NCBI GenBank assembly: GCA_040752415.1 | Contig: JBFMGU010000054.1 | Span: forward strand, 1-48,257 | From: Myxococcota bacterium | GTDB taxonomy: Bacteria > Myxococcota > JACRCW01 | DNA length: 48,257 bases | Direction of reading: 5' to 3' | In this document: positions 1 through 9,965 of the stretch, in pieces | Layout: each line of letters starts with the position of its first letter | Numbering within the stretch: the stretch's first letter is position 1 | Translations under genes and position numbers: made by a program | Notes under the pieces: generated by a model | What the model saw: only the letters and a program-made list of their open reading frames with translations | What the model was told of the DNA's origin: nothing | Databases searched by the model: none

Positions 1-532
1 GCCCCTTCATGGCTTGCTCCACGACGGCCTTGGTGGCGTTCTTGAGGTTCAGCGTGGTGTCCAGCGCGTAGAGCTTGAAGAAGTAGCGGTGACGTCCCAC
101 GGGAGGACACGGGCCGCCGTACGCGTGTTTCTTCCAATCGTTGAGCCCCACGGTGCCGCCGCGCGGCGCGCTGCCTTCCTGCGCCTCGGTCACGTCGGGC
201 GGGATGTTGTAGACCACCCAGTGCACCCAGGTGGTGCGCGGGGCGGCCGGGTCGGGGGCATCCGGGTCGTCGACGATCAGCACCTGGCTGCGCGTTCCCG
301 CCGGCGGCTTGCTCCACTCCAGCGGGGGCGACAGGTCCTGGCCCTCACAGGTGTACTGGCGGGGAATGTTGCCGCCGTCGTGGAATGCGGCGGACTTGAG
401 GGCATAGGCGGGCTGTCCTGAAGGCTGCGGTGTGGGCTGCATGGTGTGGTTTCCCTCCTGCGGCGCGGCCGCCGTTCCAACGGAACCAAGAACGGACAGA
501 AGCGCCACCGTCGTCATGGCTCTGCGCGACAT
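1..532 (-). CDS. YbhB/YbcL family (PEBP/Raf kinase inhibitor-like) protein, 3' end runs off window
   Basis: Hand translation (absent from ORF track): MSRRAMTTVALLSV...SAAFHDGGNIPRQYTCEGQDLSPPLEW...IVDDPDAP...WVHWVVYNIP...YGGPCPPVGRHRYFFKLYALD. DPDAP and GPCPP/HRY are PEBP motifs. Confidence 0.92.
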   Translation of the reverse strand, partial: MSRRAMTTVALLSVLGSVGTAAAPQEGNHTMQPTPQPSGQPAYALKSAAFHDGGNIPRQYTCEGQDLSPPLEWSKPPAGTRSQVLIVDDPDAPDPAAPRTTWVHWVVYNIPPDVTEAQEGSAPRGGTVGLNDWKKHAYGGPCPPVGRHRYFFKLYALDTTLNLKNATKAVVEQAMKG

Positions 533-635
533 GCAGGGCTCCAAGCGAATCCGCAGCAGAGGTAACGGCGCAACGGGAGGGTTGCCTCCGCGTCCGTGTC
601 CGTGGCCACGTGTTTGGTGCGGCTCTTCCAGGACA

Positions 636-1127
636 TCACTTGCCGTGCAGGGCCTCTTCCTCCGACGCGCTGGCAATGCCCAGCCCCGCGTAGCCCACCA
701 GCCCGGCCGCGGCCATGACGCCGACCAGCAGCGCGCCCACGGTCATGGCCAGCTCGCTGCGGACTCCCAGCCAGGCGTAGCGCGGGTCCACCTCTTCACG
801 CCCTTCCGGAATCCCGCGCAGGTACACGCCGCCAATGAGCGCCACCGCGCCGGCCAGGAAGGCACCCAGCCCCACAATCGCCGCCAATCCCGTCGTGGCC
901 AGGCCCAGCGGGTAGAGCAGCTTGCGCGGCAGGAACCGTGATTCCGGCGGCTCGGCGTGGGTGAGGCCGGGCGCGGGAGTGGGCACCGCCCAGGGTTGGC
1001 CCTTGTCCGCGTCGGCGCTGGTGCGGGGGGAGGTCTGCAGCAACAGCGTGGATCCCGCGACGCCCGACGGCTCCTCCATGTCCGGGGCCTGTCCAAGCGA
1101 GGCGAGGAGAAGGATCTGCATCAGCAT
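636..1127 (-). CDS. Hypothetical membrane protein (two TM segments)
   Basis: ORF with hydrophobic N-terminus (MLMQILLLASLGQAP) and two long hydrophobic helices; start uncertain. Confidence 0.6.
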   Translation of the reverse strand: MLMQILLLASLGQAPDMEEPSGVAGSTLLLQTSPRTSADADKGQPWAVPTPAPGLTHAEPPESRFLPRKLLYPLGLATTGLAAIVGLGAFLAGAVALIGGVYLRGIPEGREEVDPRYAWLGVRSELAMTVGALLVGVMAAAGLVGYAGLGIASASEEEALHGK

Positions 1128-1250
1128 GTCTGGGAGATATCCACCGGCGCGCCAGATTGCCGTGCAGGCGACGCTTCGTGACGCGCGCGCCCACGGATCC
1201 GCGCCCAGGCACAACCACGGACATCCTGTTTGTCGACGGTGCGTCCGCGC

Positions 1251-2924
1251 TCAGCCCAGGTCGCCCGGCGAGTCGGAGAGGCCGGGATGGAACGCGGGAG
1301 AGACCACGTGCACCTCGTGACCCTGCGCCGCCGCGACGAGGTTGGGGGCCACGTCCATCAGCAGGTAGTAGCGCGGTGCGCCGGTGGGCGCGGGCTCGTT
1401 CTTCACGCGGAAGGTGCCCACGTGCGGGACGTTCAGCGTGGCGTGCGCGTTGATGTGCTGCTCCACCACGAGACGCAGCCGCGTCAGCGTCTTCTCCACG
1501 CGCTTGCTTGGCTCATGCAGTCGACGCGTCAGCTCGCGGTTGAGCGCGCGCAGGAACTGGCCGCTGAGCTGCACCGGTTTTCCCTCGAAGAGCGCCTTGC
1601 GCACCTCCAGCGGCACGTGCCCCAGTCCGGCCTCCACCACCTTGCTCCCGTCGGAGGCCAGCCGCACCGCGGCCTTGGTGGCGCCCAGGATGTTGCTGGT
1701 GCCGTGTTTGCGGAGGTCCTGCGCGAACTGCGCGCCCACGGCGGAGAGGAACCGCTCGGCCTTCACGCGGGAGAGTCCCAGCGCCTCACCCCAGTCCACC
1801 TCGCCGGGCTGCGTGGCCTGCGTGACGACGCGCGTCTTGAGGATGCGGTCCGCGAGCGGCGGCAGCGGGCCCAGGCTCGTGGCGTCCCACGACGAGAGCG
1901 CCGCGCGCGCCCCGTCCTCGTCGCCGGCAATCACGCGTGCCTCGGCCAGCGCCAGCGCGGCGCGTCCCTGCGGCTGGCGGTCGCGCAGCTCGGTGTGCAG
2001 GCGTTCCATCTGTCCCAGCGCCACGGCCTGACCCAGCGGGTAGGCATTGCGCCAGTCAATGGACAGCGGCGACTCCATGGCGCCCGGCCCCGCCGCCAAC
2101 GCGCGCGGCCCGTTCCACAACAGGCTCCAGTACGTGGGCCAGCGCGCAAACTGCTCGATGAACGGCATCCACAGCGACTTGTGCCGCTCCTTGGCCGCCT
2201 CCAACGCTCCCGCCAGTCGACTCTCATCCTCCGCGCTGGGACTTCCGGCCGCCGCGCCCGTCGAGGACTTCATGCCGCCGAAGGCCGCTTCCAGTCGCGC
2301 CAGCGCGTCGTTGCGGGCACCGCCCATCACTTGCGGTCGACGCGAGCGCAGCTCCTTGAGCTCGGCGGTGAGTCGCTCCACCTCCTTCTCGGCGTCGCGC
2401 GCTTCCTCGCCCGCGGTGTAGAGCGCGAACGCATGCACCAGCTCGGTGCCGCGCGGGAAGATGGGCGTGGTGCTGGCGGTGAGTCCGAGGGTGGGGCTGA
2501 CCAGGTAGACCGGCGCATGGCCGCTGCGGTCGACGAGATCCAGGCACAACCGGTTGCCCGCCACGTCGGCGGCCACCGCAAAGAGCCCCAGCCGACGGGT
2601 GGTCCAGCTCACCGGGTCCACGTCCTTCACGCCGGGCAGCGCGTTCATCCTCGCCAGGTCGTCGCCGGCGAGCACCTGCGCCGCGCCGCCTTCCAGCTCG
2701 AAGCCGCACAACGCCACCAGCACCCGACGCGCCTCCTGCGGCATGGGCCAGCCAAACGCCTCTTCCAGTCGGGCCAGCTGCTCGTCGGACAGCGAGGGGG
2801 CGGGCAGGGCGGGGAGGCGTGCCAGCGCTTGAGCGAAGGCGGGTGCTGCCGGCGGCGCGGGCCGGGGTTTGCGGGCGCGGGTCTTGGGTGCGGGGCGGCG
2901 TGCGGGGGCGCGCTTCTGGGCCAT
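1251..2924 (-). CDS. SMI1/KNR4 (SUKH)-domain protein with C-terminal tandem HU/IHF-like segments
   Basis: SDEQLARLEEAFGWPMPQEARRVL...AVAADVAGNRLCLDL resembles SMI1/KNR4. LGLSRVKAERFLSAV... and KRVEKTLTRLRLVVEQHINAHATLNVPHVGTFRVK resemble the HU fold. Start set at MAQKRA. Confidence 0.65.
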   Translation of the reverse strand: MAQKRAPARRPAPKTRARKPRPAPPAAPAFAQALARLPALPAPSLSDEQLARLEEAFGWPMPQEARRVLVALCGFELEGGAAQVLAGDDLARMNALPGVKDVDPVSWTTRRLGLFAVAADVAGNRLCLDLVDRSGHAPVYLVSPTLGLTASTTPIFPRGTELVHAFALYTAGEEARDAEKEVERLTAELKELRSRRPQVMGGARNDALARLEAAFGGMKSSTGAAAGSPSAEDESRLAGALEAAKERHKSLWMPFIEQFARWPTYWSLLWNGPRALAAGPGAMESPLSIDWRNAYPLGQAVALGQMERLHTELRDRQPQGRAALALAEARVIAGDEDGARAALSSWDATSLGPLPPLADRILKTRVVTQATQPGEVDWGEALGLSRVKAERFLSAVGAQFAQDLRKHGTSNILGATKAAVRLASDGSKVVEAGLGHVPLEVRKALFEGKPVQLSGQFLRALNRELTRRLHEPSKRVEKTLTRLRLVVEQHINAHATLNVPHVGTFRVKNEPAPTGAPRYYLLMDVAPNLVAAAQGHEVHVVSPAFHPGLSDSPGDLG

Positions 2925-3406
2925 GGTGCCGTCTTCCTTGACGACGGTGCCGCGCGGAGGTCCGACACCGTCTGTGCCCGGGCGGGGACGCATCTGTCCC
3001 GTCGTCTTCCGGGGCATGGCATGGATACTCCGCGGGGGGCGGGCGCGCCACCTCGTGACACGCGGGGGCGCTGCGGCAGACAACCGGTCCGGTTGATGAC
3101 GACGAACTCCCAAGCCCCCACGTTCAAGCCATGGCGCCCGCTCGCCCCCCCTTCCAGACCGCGTTTCCGTCGTCACCGGGAGCGGGCGCAATGGCTTGGA
3201 CGTGGGGGGTGTTCTCCATCCCGCCAGGATTGCGCGACCCTCCCTCGGTCGCTTGTCGTATGGGGCAACGTGGCGCGGGATGCCGGACGGGCTCTTGACC
3301 GACGGGCGGGCTCCTACAAGCATCCCCGGCCAGGCCCGCGCGGATAAACCGGGTTGTCACTCCCCCAGGGGCGCTTGCCCGGGTGGGGGCGGTGTGAGGT
3401 GTTGCG

Positions 3407-5563
3407 ATGCGTCTGACCCGTCGACTGACCGTGTTGTTGCTGCTCCCCTTCGGTTTCGCACGTTGCGGGTGCGAGGAACCCACGACCATCGAAGGCGCAC
3501 CGGGCTCCCTCAAGGGCAAGCTCTGCGACATCCGCACCGGGCAGGGCGCTGCCGGTGTGCAGGTTGCGCTGCAGGTCCCCGGGGAGGCCGGCGGCAGCCA
3601 GCGCGCGGAGAGCGTGGCCGGCGGGGACTTCACCCTCGAGAACGTGAAGCCCGGCGCCTACGAGGTCATCATCACCCAGACCTTCAGCAACGGCGGGGAC
3701 CAGCGCGTCATCCCCGAGGTGCTGGTCAAGAGTGACGAGGAGACCGAGGTCAAGGACCCCGCCTGCATCGCCGGGCGCGTCCCCGACGGCACCGGCTGGG
3801 TGCGCGGCCGCGTGTGCAACCGCCACACCGGCAGCTGGGTCACCAACGCCGCCGTCACCATCACCCTCGCCGACGGCACCCTGGCCCAGACCACCACCAA
3901 CGCCGAGGGCGACTTCCTCCTCGAGGGCGTCCCCGAGGGCGACCACACCCTCTACATCCAGAGCTCCAACTACCAGCGCGCCTACGCCATCACCGTCATC
4001 GCCGGCCAAGAGACCCTGCTGCAGAGCAGCGCCGAGTGCCGCGGCGTGGATCCCAACAGCGGCGGCGTGGAGGGCCTGATGTGCGCCCCCAACGGCACCG
4101 GCCCGCTCGCCGGCGCCACCGCGTACATTGACGTCGGGGAGCCCCCGGTCCGCGTCGCCGACGTGCTCGACAACGAGGGACGCTTCATCCTCACCGGCCT
4201 GCCCCCCGGCGTGCACCAGCTCCACGTGCAGTTGGGCTCCTATGAGCGCGTCTACGACGTCACCGTCAACGCCAATGAGATCGTCCGCGTGGGCCCCACG
4301 GTGTGCAACGCGCCGGACCCCGACACCACCGGCCGCATCCAGGGCATGTTCTGCAACCCCAACGGCGGCCCGCTGGTGGACGCCACCGTGCTGGTCGACG
4401 TCTCCAACGGCACCCTGGAGGACAGCACCGACGAGCTGGGCCGCTTTGCCTTTGCCGGCGTGGAGCCGGGGGACCGCGTGGTGCGCGTGCAGCACGTCAG
4501 CTTCACCCAGCAGTTCCCGGTCACCGTGGTGGCGGGGCAGATGGTGGAGGTGGTGCCGCAGCAGGTCTGTGAGCAGAACAACAACGGCCCCACCGGGGAG
4601 ATCCGCGGCCGCATCTGCGCGCCCAACGGCACCACCTGGCTGGCCAACGCGCGCGTCTGGGTGGACCTCCCCACCGGCGGCGTGGTGGAGACCCAGACCG
4701 ACCCCGACGGGCGCTTCGTCCTCACCGGCGTGCCGGAGGGCATCTACACCGTGCACGTGGCCGCCGGCTCCTTCACCACCGACATCCCCAACGTGCAGGT
4801 CCGCCCCAACGAGATCACCGAGGTGGGCGACAGCGCCGACCAGTGCGTGCCCATCGAGGACCGCAAGATCGCCGTGGTGAGCGGCCGTTATGACCGCGTG
4901 CAGGACGTGCTCAACCGCCTGGGCCTCAATGACATCGACCTCTACGACGGCGAGGGCGGCGGCTACCAGGGCAGCCTGCTCGAGAACTACGACCAGATGC
5001 AGGAGTACGACGTCATCTTCTTCAACTGCGGCATGGATGACAGCTTCCTGTCCAATCCCGCGCTCTACCAGGTGGCCGTCGACAACCTGCGCGCCTACGT
5101 GGCCAGCGGCAAGAGCGTCTACGCCTCCGACTGGGCCTACGACATCATCGAGGTGGCCTGGCCGGACCACGTGGACTTCTACGCCGACGACGGCACGCGC
5201 GACACCGCCCAGGTGGCCAGCGACGGAGAGAACCTCCCCGCCACCGTGACCGACGCCGCGCTGCGCAACGCGCTGGGCACGCAGAACGTGGCCATCAACT
5301 ACAACCTGCCGGCGTGGGCGCTGATGAGCGGCGCTTCCAACCAGACCACCGTCTACATCCGCGGCACCGCGGAGGCCTGCCTGCAGTATGACATCTGGAC
5401 CGGCACCTGCGCCGACGCCATCACCGCCACCAACGTGCCGTTCACCGTCGGGTTCCATCCCTCCGCCGACAGCGGCAAGGTCATCTACACGTCGTTCCAC
5501 CAGGAGCAGCAGACCACGCAGGACATGGACACCATCCTGGAGCTCCTGGTGTTCGAGCTGTGA
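3407..5563 (+). CDS. Lipoprotein with repeated carboxypeptidase-regulatory-like beta-sandwich domains and a C-terminal alpha/beta (GATase-like) domain
   Basis: Signal peptide followed by CGC. About 5 repeats of GxIxGxxC...TxxxGxFxLxGVPxGxYxV. C-terminal YDVIFFNCG...VYASDWAY...GKVIYTSFH. Confidence 0.85.
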   Translation: MRLTRRLTVLLLLPFGFARCGCEEPTTIEGAPGSLKGKLCDIRTGQGAAGVQVALQVPGEAGGSQRAESVAGGDFTLENVKPGAYEVIITQTFSNGGDQRVIPEVLVKSDEETEVKDPACIAGRVPDGTGWVRGRVCNRHTGSWVTNAAVTITLADGTLAQTTTNAEGDFLLEGVPEGDHTLYIQSSNYQRAYAITVIAGQETLLQSSAECRGVDPNSGGVEGLMCAPNGTGPLAGATAYIDVGEPPVRVADVLDNEGRFILTGLPPGVHQLHVQLGSYERVYDVTVNANEIVRVGPTVCNAPDPDTTGRIQGMFCNPNGGPLVDATVLVDVSNGTLEDSTDELGRFAFAGVEPGDRVVRVQHVSFTQQFPVTVVAGQMVEVVPQQVCEQNNNGPTGEIRGRICAPNGTTWLANARVWVDLPTGGVVETQTDPDGRFVLTGVPEGIYTVHVAAGSFTTDIPNVQVRPNEITEVGDSADQCVPIEDRKIAVVSGRYDRVQDVLNRLGLNDIDLYDGEGGGYQGSLLENYDQMQEYDVIFFNCGMDDSFLSNPALYQVAVDNLRAYVASGKSVYASDWAYDIIEVAWPDHVDFYADDGTRDTAQVASDGENLPATVTDAALRNALGTQNVAINYNLPAWALMSGASNQTTVYIRGTAEACLQYDIWTGTCADAITATNVPFTVGFHPSADSGKVIYTSFHQEQQTTQDMDTILELLVFEL

Positions 5564-5571
5564 GAGGAAGC

Positions 5572-7284
5572 ATGCGCCTCGCCAATCCCGCCCCCACGCG
5601 CCTGTTCACCTGGGCGTTCCTCCTGCTGGCCCTGACCCGCTGCAGCGACTGCGAGACCGAGAACATCCAGGAGAATCCCGGCATCCTGCAGGGCACGGTG
5701 TGCCACCAGGTCAACGGCCGCCCCTCCATTGGCGCCAAGATCACCGTCACCGACGAGTCCGGCGCCACCGTGCTGGAAGGGCTCAGCGACAACCTGGGCC
5801 AGTACGAGATCGGCAACATCCCGCCGGGCACCGCCAATGTGACCATGAACGGGGAGGGCGTGAACAACGTGAAGTTCGCCGTCCCCATCAAGAGCGACCA
5901 GACCGTGGTGCGCAAGGACCCCGCCTGCATCGACCCCACCACGCAGGTGGGCAAGGGCTGCGTGGCCGGCCAGGTCTGCAACAAGCACACCGGCAACTTC
6001 GTGGGGCAGGCGCAGGTGGCGGTCATCCTGTCCAACGTCAACTACAGCGGTGAGACCGAGCTGGAGGCCACCACCGACGACAACGGCGTGTTCCAGATCT
6101 GCGACGTGCCGGAGGGCAGCCACGTGGTGCAGGTGCGCGCCAACGGCTTCCAGAAGGCCTATCCCGCCAACGTCACCCAGGGGCAGACCACCGAGGTGGT
6201 GAGCGCGCCGCAGTGCCAGGCGTACGACCCCACCACGCACTGTCGCGTGACCGGCCGCATCTGCAGCGCCTCCACGCCGCCGGAGTGGCTGGCCGACGCG
6301 CGCGTCACCGCGCTGAAGCTGAACGCCGACGGCACGGTCACCAACCCGGTCATCTACGGCGAGGAGGAGGAGTTCACCGACGCTGACGGCAACTACGAGA
6401 TGTTCCTGCAGCCCGCCGGGAAGTGGCGCATCCAGGTGGTGAAGGGCAATTTCATCTCGCGCACCGACATCGACTGCCTGGCCAACGAGACCACCGCCAT
6501 CCCCGAGGGGACGCAGTGCGTGTCCGCCAGCGAGTGTCGCTTCCTGGTGGCGCAGGGCATCTTTGACCGCGTGGAGCAGGTGCTGGGCCGCGTGGGCGTG
6601 GACGCCGAGGACGTCGAGCTCATCAACGGCAACCCGGCCAACTTCAACGAGGACTGGGCGTTCAACGCCTTTGGCGACTACAACCGCTTCGCCGGCGTGT
6701 GTGGTGTGTTCTTCAACTGCGGCATCAATGAGAGCGCGTTCTTCGGCCCCGGGAAGAACCCGGTGGTGATCCAGAACCTCCAGCGCTTTGTGCAGGAGGG
6801 CGGCACGCTCTATGCCTCCGACCAGTCCTACGACGTGGTGGAGGCGCTCTTCCCCGAGAAGGTGGACTGGTTCCGCAACGACGACATTGCCTCCGACGCG
6901 GAGTACGGGCTGTGCGGCATCAAGCAGGCCAACGTGGTGGACCCCTCCTTGTCCGCGTACCTGGCGCAGGAGAACCCCGGGCAGAACACCGTGGAGATCA
7001 ACTTCGCCTACCAGAGCTGGAGCGTGGTGCAGGCGCTGGACGCGGACGTGCAGGTGTTCCTGCGGGCCAGCATTGACGCCTGCTCCGACGGAGACGCGTG
7101 CAGCAGCAGCGTGACGCTCAACGACACGCCGCTCACCATCCGCTTCCCGGTGGGCACCCAGGGCGGGCAGGTCATCTTCACCAGCTTCCACGTGGAGGCC
7201 GGCGGTGACGAGGAGACGTGCTCCGGGTCACCGGTCTCCACCGAGGACACCGACCGCGTGATGCGGTTCCTGATGACGCTATGA
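5572..7284 (+). CDS. Paralogous lipoprotein with carboxypeptidase-regulatory-like repeats
   Basis: RBS GAGGAAG. Shares KDPACI, VCNxHTG, VFFNCG, LYASD and GxVIFTSFH motifs with the upstream gene. Confidence 0.85.
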   Translation: MRLANPAPTRLFTWAFLLLALTRCSDCETENIQENPGILQGTVCHQVNGRPSIGAKITVTDESGATVLEGLSDNLGQYEIGNIPPGTANVTMNGEGVNNVKFAVPIKSDQTVVRKDPACIDPTTQVGKGCVAGQVCNKHTGNFVGQAQVAVILSNVNYSGETELEATTDDNGVFQICDVPEGSHVVQVRANGFQKAYPANVTQGQTTEVVSAPQCQAYDPTTHCRVTGRICSASTPPEWLADARVTALKLNADGTVTNPVIYGEEEEFTDADGNYEMFLQPAGKWRIQVVKGNFISRTDIDCLANETTAIPEGTQCVSASECRFLVAQGIFDRVEQVLGRVGVDAEDVELINGNPANFNEDWAFNAFGDYNRFAGVCGVFFNCGINESAFFGPGKNPVVIQNLQRFVQEGGTLYASDQSYDVVEALFPEKVDWFRNDDIASDAEYGLCGIKQANVVDPSLSAYLAQENPGQNTVEINFAYQSWSVVQALDADVQVFLRASIDACSDGDACSSSVTLNDTPLTIRFPVGTQGGQVIFTSFHVEAGGDEETCSGSPVSTEDTDRVMRFLMTL

Positions 7285-8093
7285 GAGGCCGCGCGCTCGT
7301 CGTGGGGGTGATGCTCCTGGCGCGGCAGGCCGTGGCGCAGGACGCCGGACCGGTCGATGCGGCGGTGGTTCCCGACGCGGCGGTGGAGGATGCCGCGGTG
7401 GCCCCGGATGCCGCGCTCCCCACCGACGCGGCCGTGCCGGCGGACGCCGCGCCCACTCCCGACGCCGCGCCCCGCCCCGACGCCGCGCCTCGTCCCGACG
7501 CCACGGTGACCCCGGATGCCGCGGTGCCCGCGCCAGATGCGGCGGAGCCACCGGATGCGGCGCAGCAGGAGGAGTGCATCCCGGGGTGCATTGATGCTCG
7601 TCGGGCGCGGGTGTGCGTGGAGGGGCAGCGCTTCGTGCGCGAGTGCGAGGTCGACGAGGAGTGCTACCTGGGCCTCTGCTACCAGAACCCGCGACCCGAC
7701 GCGGGACCGCAGTGTCAGCCCGGCTGCGTGGGGTCCACCACGGTGCGTCGATGCGTCAACGATGAGCCGGTGGACACGGCGTGCCGGGAGAACCAGGTGT
7801 GCGGCGCGGGGCTGTGCCTCAACGTGGATGCCGGCACCACCGGCGCGCCCGACGCGGCGGCCCCCTGTCAGAACGTGTGCCTCGACGACAAGACGCTGGA
7901 GGCGTGCGCCTCCGGGGTGAAGCTCACGGTGACGTGCAACGAGGGCGAGACCTGCACCGGCGGCGCCTGCGTGGCCCCCGACGAGCCGAAGGCCGACGGA
8001 GAGGGCGGCGGCTGCAACTGCAACAGCGCGCAGGCCGCGCTGGGGCTCGCGCTGATGGGCGTGGTGCTGCGGACGCGACGACGCCGCGGGTGA
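7281..8093 (+). CDS. Cys-rich surface protein with PDAA repeats and MYXO-CTERM-like sorting signal
   Basis: ATGA overlap with upstream stop. Signal peptide, about 10 (P)DAA repeats, three Cys-rich modules, C-terminus GGGCNCNS + hydrophobic stretch + RRRR. Confidence 0.85.
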   Translation: MRGRALVVGVMLLARQAVAQDAGPVDAAVVPDAAVEDAAVAPDAALPTDAAVPADAAPTPDAAPRPDAAPRPDATVTPDAAVPAPDAAEPPDAAQQEECIPGCIDARRARVCVEGQRFVRECEVDEECYLGLCYQNPRPDAGPQCQPGCVGSTTVRRCVNDEPVDTACRENQVCGAGLCLNVDAGTTGAPDAAAPCQNVCLDDKTLEACASGVKLTVTCNEGETCTGGACVAPDEPKADGEGGGCNCNSAQAALGLALMGVVLRTRRRRG

Positions 8094-8118
8094 ACCGGTT
8101 CGGGGTTGGTGGCGATGC

Positions 8119-8383
8119 GGCCCCCCCACCCGGCCGCCTTCCAATTTCACCGGTTTCACGACGACGGCGGCCGACCTCCCCCACGGCGTGGGGAGGCGTA
8201 GATGTGCCGCGCCCGTGTTCACAGTGGACTGGTCGCGGCACAAGGCCTCATTGAGCCCGTGCCGCCCAATGCGCGCAATGTTCCACCGAGGCGGCACATC
8301 TACGCCTCCCCACGCCGTGGGGGAGGTCGGCCGCCGTCGTCGTGAAATCGGTGAAACCTGTGAGGCGGCCGGGTGGGGGGGCC
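8119..8383. repeat. Long inverted repeat (~92-bp arms, 80-bp spacer), REPIN/MITE-like
   Basis: 8119-8210 is the reverse complement of 8291-8383 apart from a short mismatch patch and one substitution. Each arm has an internal hairpin CCTCCCCCACGGCGTGGGGAGG. Confidence 0.9.
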
Positions 8384-8696
8384 AACTCGCCACCACCCGG
8401 GCCCCACGCTTTCCTCGTCGACGCCGACGCCACCGCACCGCGACCGCAGAGTTCCTCGTCGAAAAACCACGGACGCAGCCGTGGGCGCCGCGGATGTCCC
8501 CGCGCCAAATCGGCACCTCCGCCATGAGCATGCGTGTGCGTCCTCGTCGTCGACTTCACCTCCGACGGAGGCGCAGGTGGTCAGAGGTGCGCCGTGCGTC
8601 GTGACACCGTGGCGGACAGGACCGCGGACCGCGTGCTAGCGTCCTCGCCGCTGGCCCACCCCAAGTCCTTGGGGTCCCCACGGAGAGCATCGCTGC

Positions 8697-9965
8697 ATGG
8701 GTGAGTCGGACAGTCGCAACGCCTCGGGTGCGCGCGCACGTCGCGTCCTCCTCCTCGACGATGAGTCCTCCGTCCTGGGCGTCCTCTCGGATTACCTGCG
8801 TGCTCCCAACCTGGAGATCGTGACCTGCCAGGAGATTGAGGCGGCGGAGGCGCTGCTGGAGCACAGCCGTTTTGACGTCGTGGTGACGGACCTGCGCGTC
8901 AGCGAGCTGGGCGGCCTGGAGGGCATGCGGCTCATCCGCTTCGTGGCCACGCATTTCCCGGAGACCATCGTGCTGGCCATGAGCGGCTACGTCACCGACG
9001 AGGTGCTGGCCATTGGCAAGGCGGTGGGCGTGACCGCGGTGTTGGAGAAGCCGCTGGACCTGCGTCGTCTGCGCCAGTGGGTGCAGGGCCACCTGGGCCG
9101 CGACGGCAAGCCGGTGACGCCTCCGCCCGCCGACCCCGCCGAGGGCGCCGACGACGGTCCCGTGGAGGGGATGGACCTGCTGGACGAGTTCATGGCCCGC
9201 AATGCCATGCGCTCGGTGTTCCAGCCCATCGTCGACCTCGCGCTGGTGGGCCCCGACGCGGGCGGCATCGTGGGAGAGCACATCCACGGTTATGAGGCGC
9301 TGGCGCGCGCGCCCGCCGGCACTCCGCTGCGCAACCCGGAGATCCTCTTCGAGTACGCGGCACGCAAGGAGCGGCTGCTGGAATGCGACATGATGTGCTT
9401 CCGCGCCGCCATGCGCGACAGCCAGCCGCTGGGCACCACGCGCCTCTTCCTCAACATCCACCCGCGCAGCCTCACGCCGCCGGAAGCGCCCAAGGTCATC
9501 CTGGACACCGTGACCGGGGCGGGGAGGCACCCGCGTGACGTCGTGCTGGAGCTCACCGAGCACCACGCCATCGTCAATCACAGCGCGTTCGGGGCCAACC
9601 TGCAGACGCTGCGCTCCTGGGGCTTCCAGTGCGCGCTGGATGACTTTGGCGTGGGGTACGCCAACCTCAAGCTCATCAGTGAGATCCGCCCGGACTACCT
9701 GAAGATCAGCGGCTACTTCTGCCTGGGTGTGGGCAAGGACCCGTACCGGCAGGTGCTCATCCGCAACGTGGCGCGCCTGGCGGAGGACCTGAAGATGCCC
9801 ATCATCTGCGAGGGCATCGAGACGGAAGAGGAGCACCGCATCGTGCGCTCGCTGGGGGTGACCTTCGGGCAGGGCTACCTGTTCAGCCGCCCGCACCCCG
9901 GCACGGACCTGGCCAAGCGCTACCTGACGCCGGAAGGCACGCCCACGCCCATGAAGGTGACCTGA
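8697..9965 (+). CDS. Response-regulator receiver + EAL domain c-di-GMP phosphodiesterase
   Basis: REC: VLLLDDE...VVTDL...LEKP. EAL: FQPIV, YEALAR, LFLNI, LELTE, LDDFGVGY, YLKI, EGIE, QGYLFSRP. Confidence 0.92.
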   Translation: MGESDSRNASGARARRVLLLDDESSVLGVLSDYLRAPNLEIVTCQEIEAAEALLEHSRFDVVVTDLRVSELGGLEGMRLIRFVATHFPETIVLAMSGYVTDEVLAIGKAVGVTAVLEKPLDLRRLRQWVQGHLGRDGKPVTPPPADPAEGADDGPVEGMDLLDEFMARNAMRSVFQPIVDLALVGPDAGGIVGEHIHGYEALARAPAGTPLRNPEILFEYAARKERLLECDMMCFRAAMRDSQPLGTTRLFLNIHPRSLTPPEAPKVILDTVTGAGRHPRDVVLELTEHHAIVNHSAFGANLQTLRSWGFQCALDDFGVGYANLKLISEIRPDYLKISGYFCLGVGKDPYRQVLIRNVARLAEDLKMPIICEGIETEEEHRIVRSLGVTFGQGYLFSRPHPGTDLAKRYLTPEGTPTPMKVT

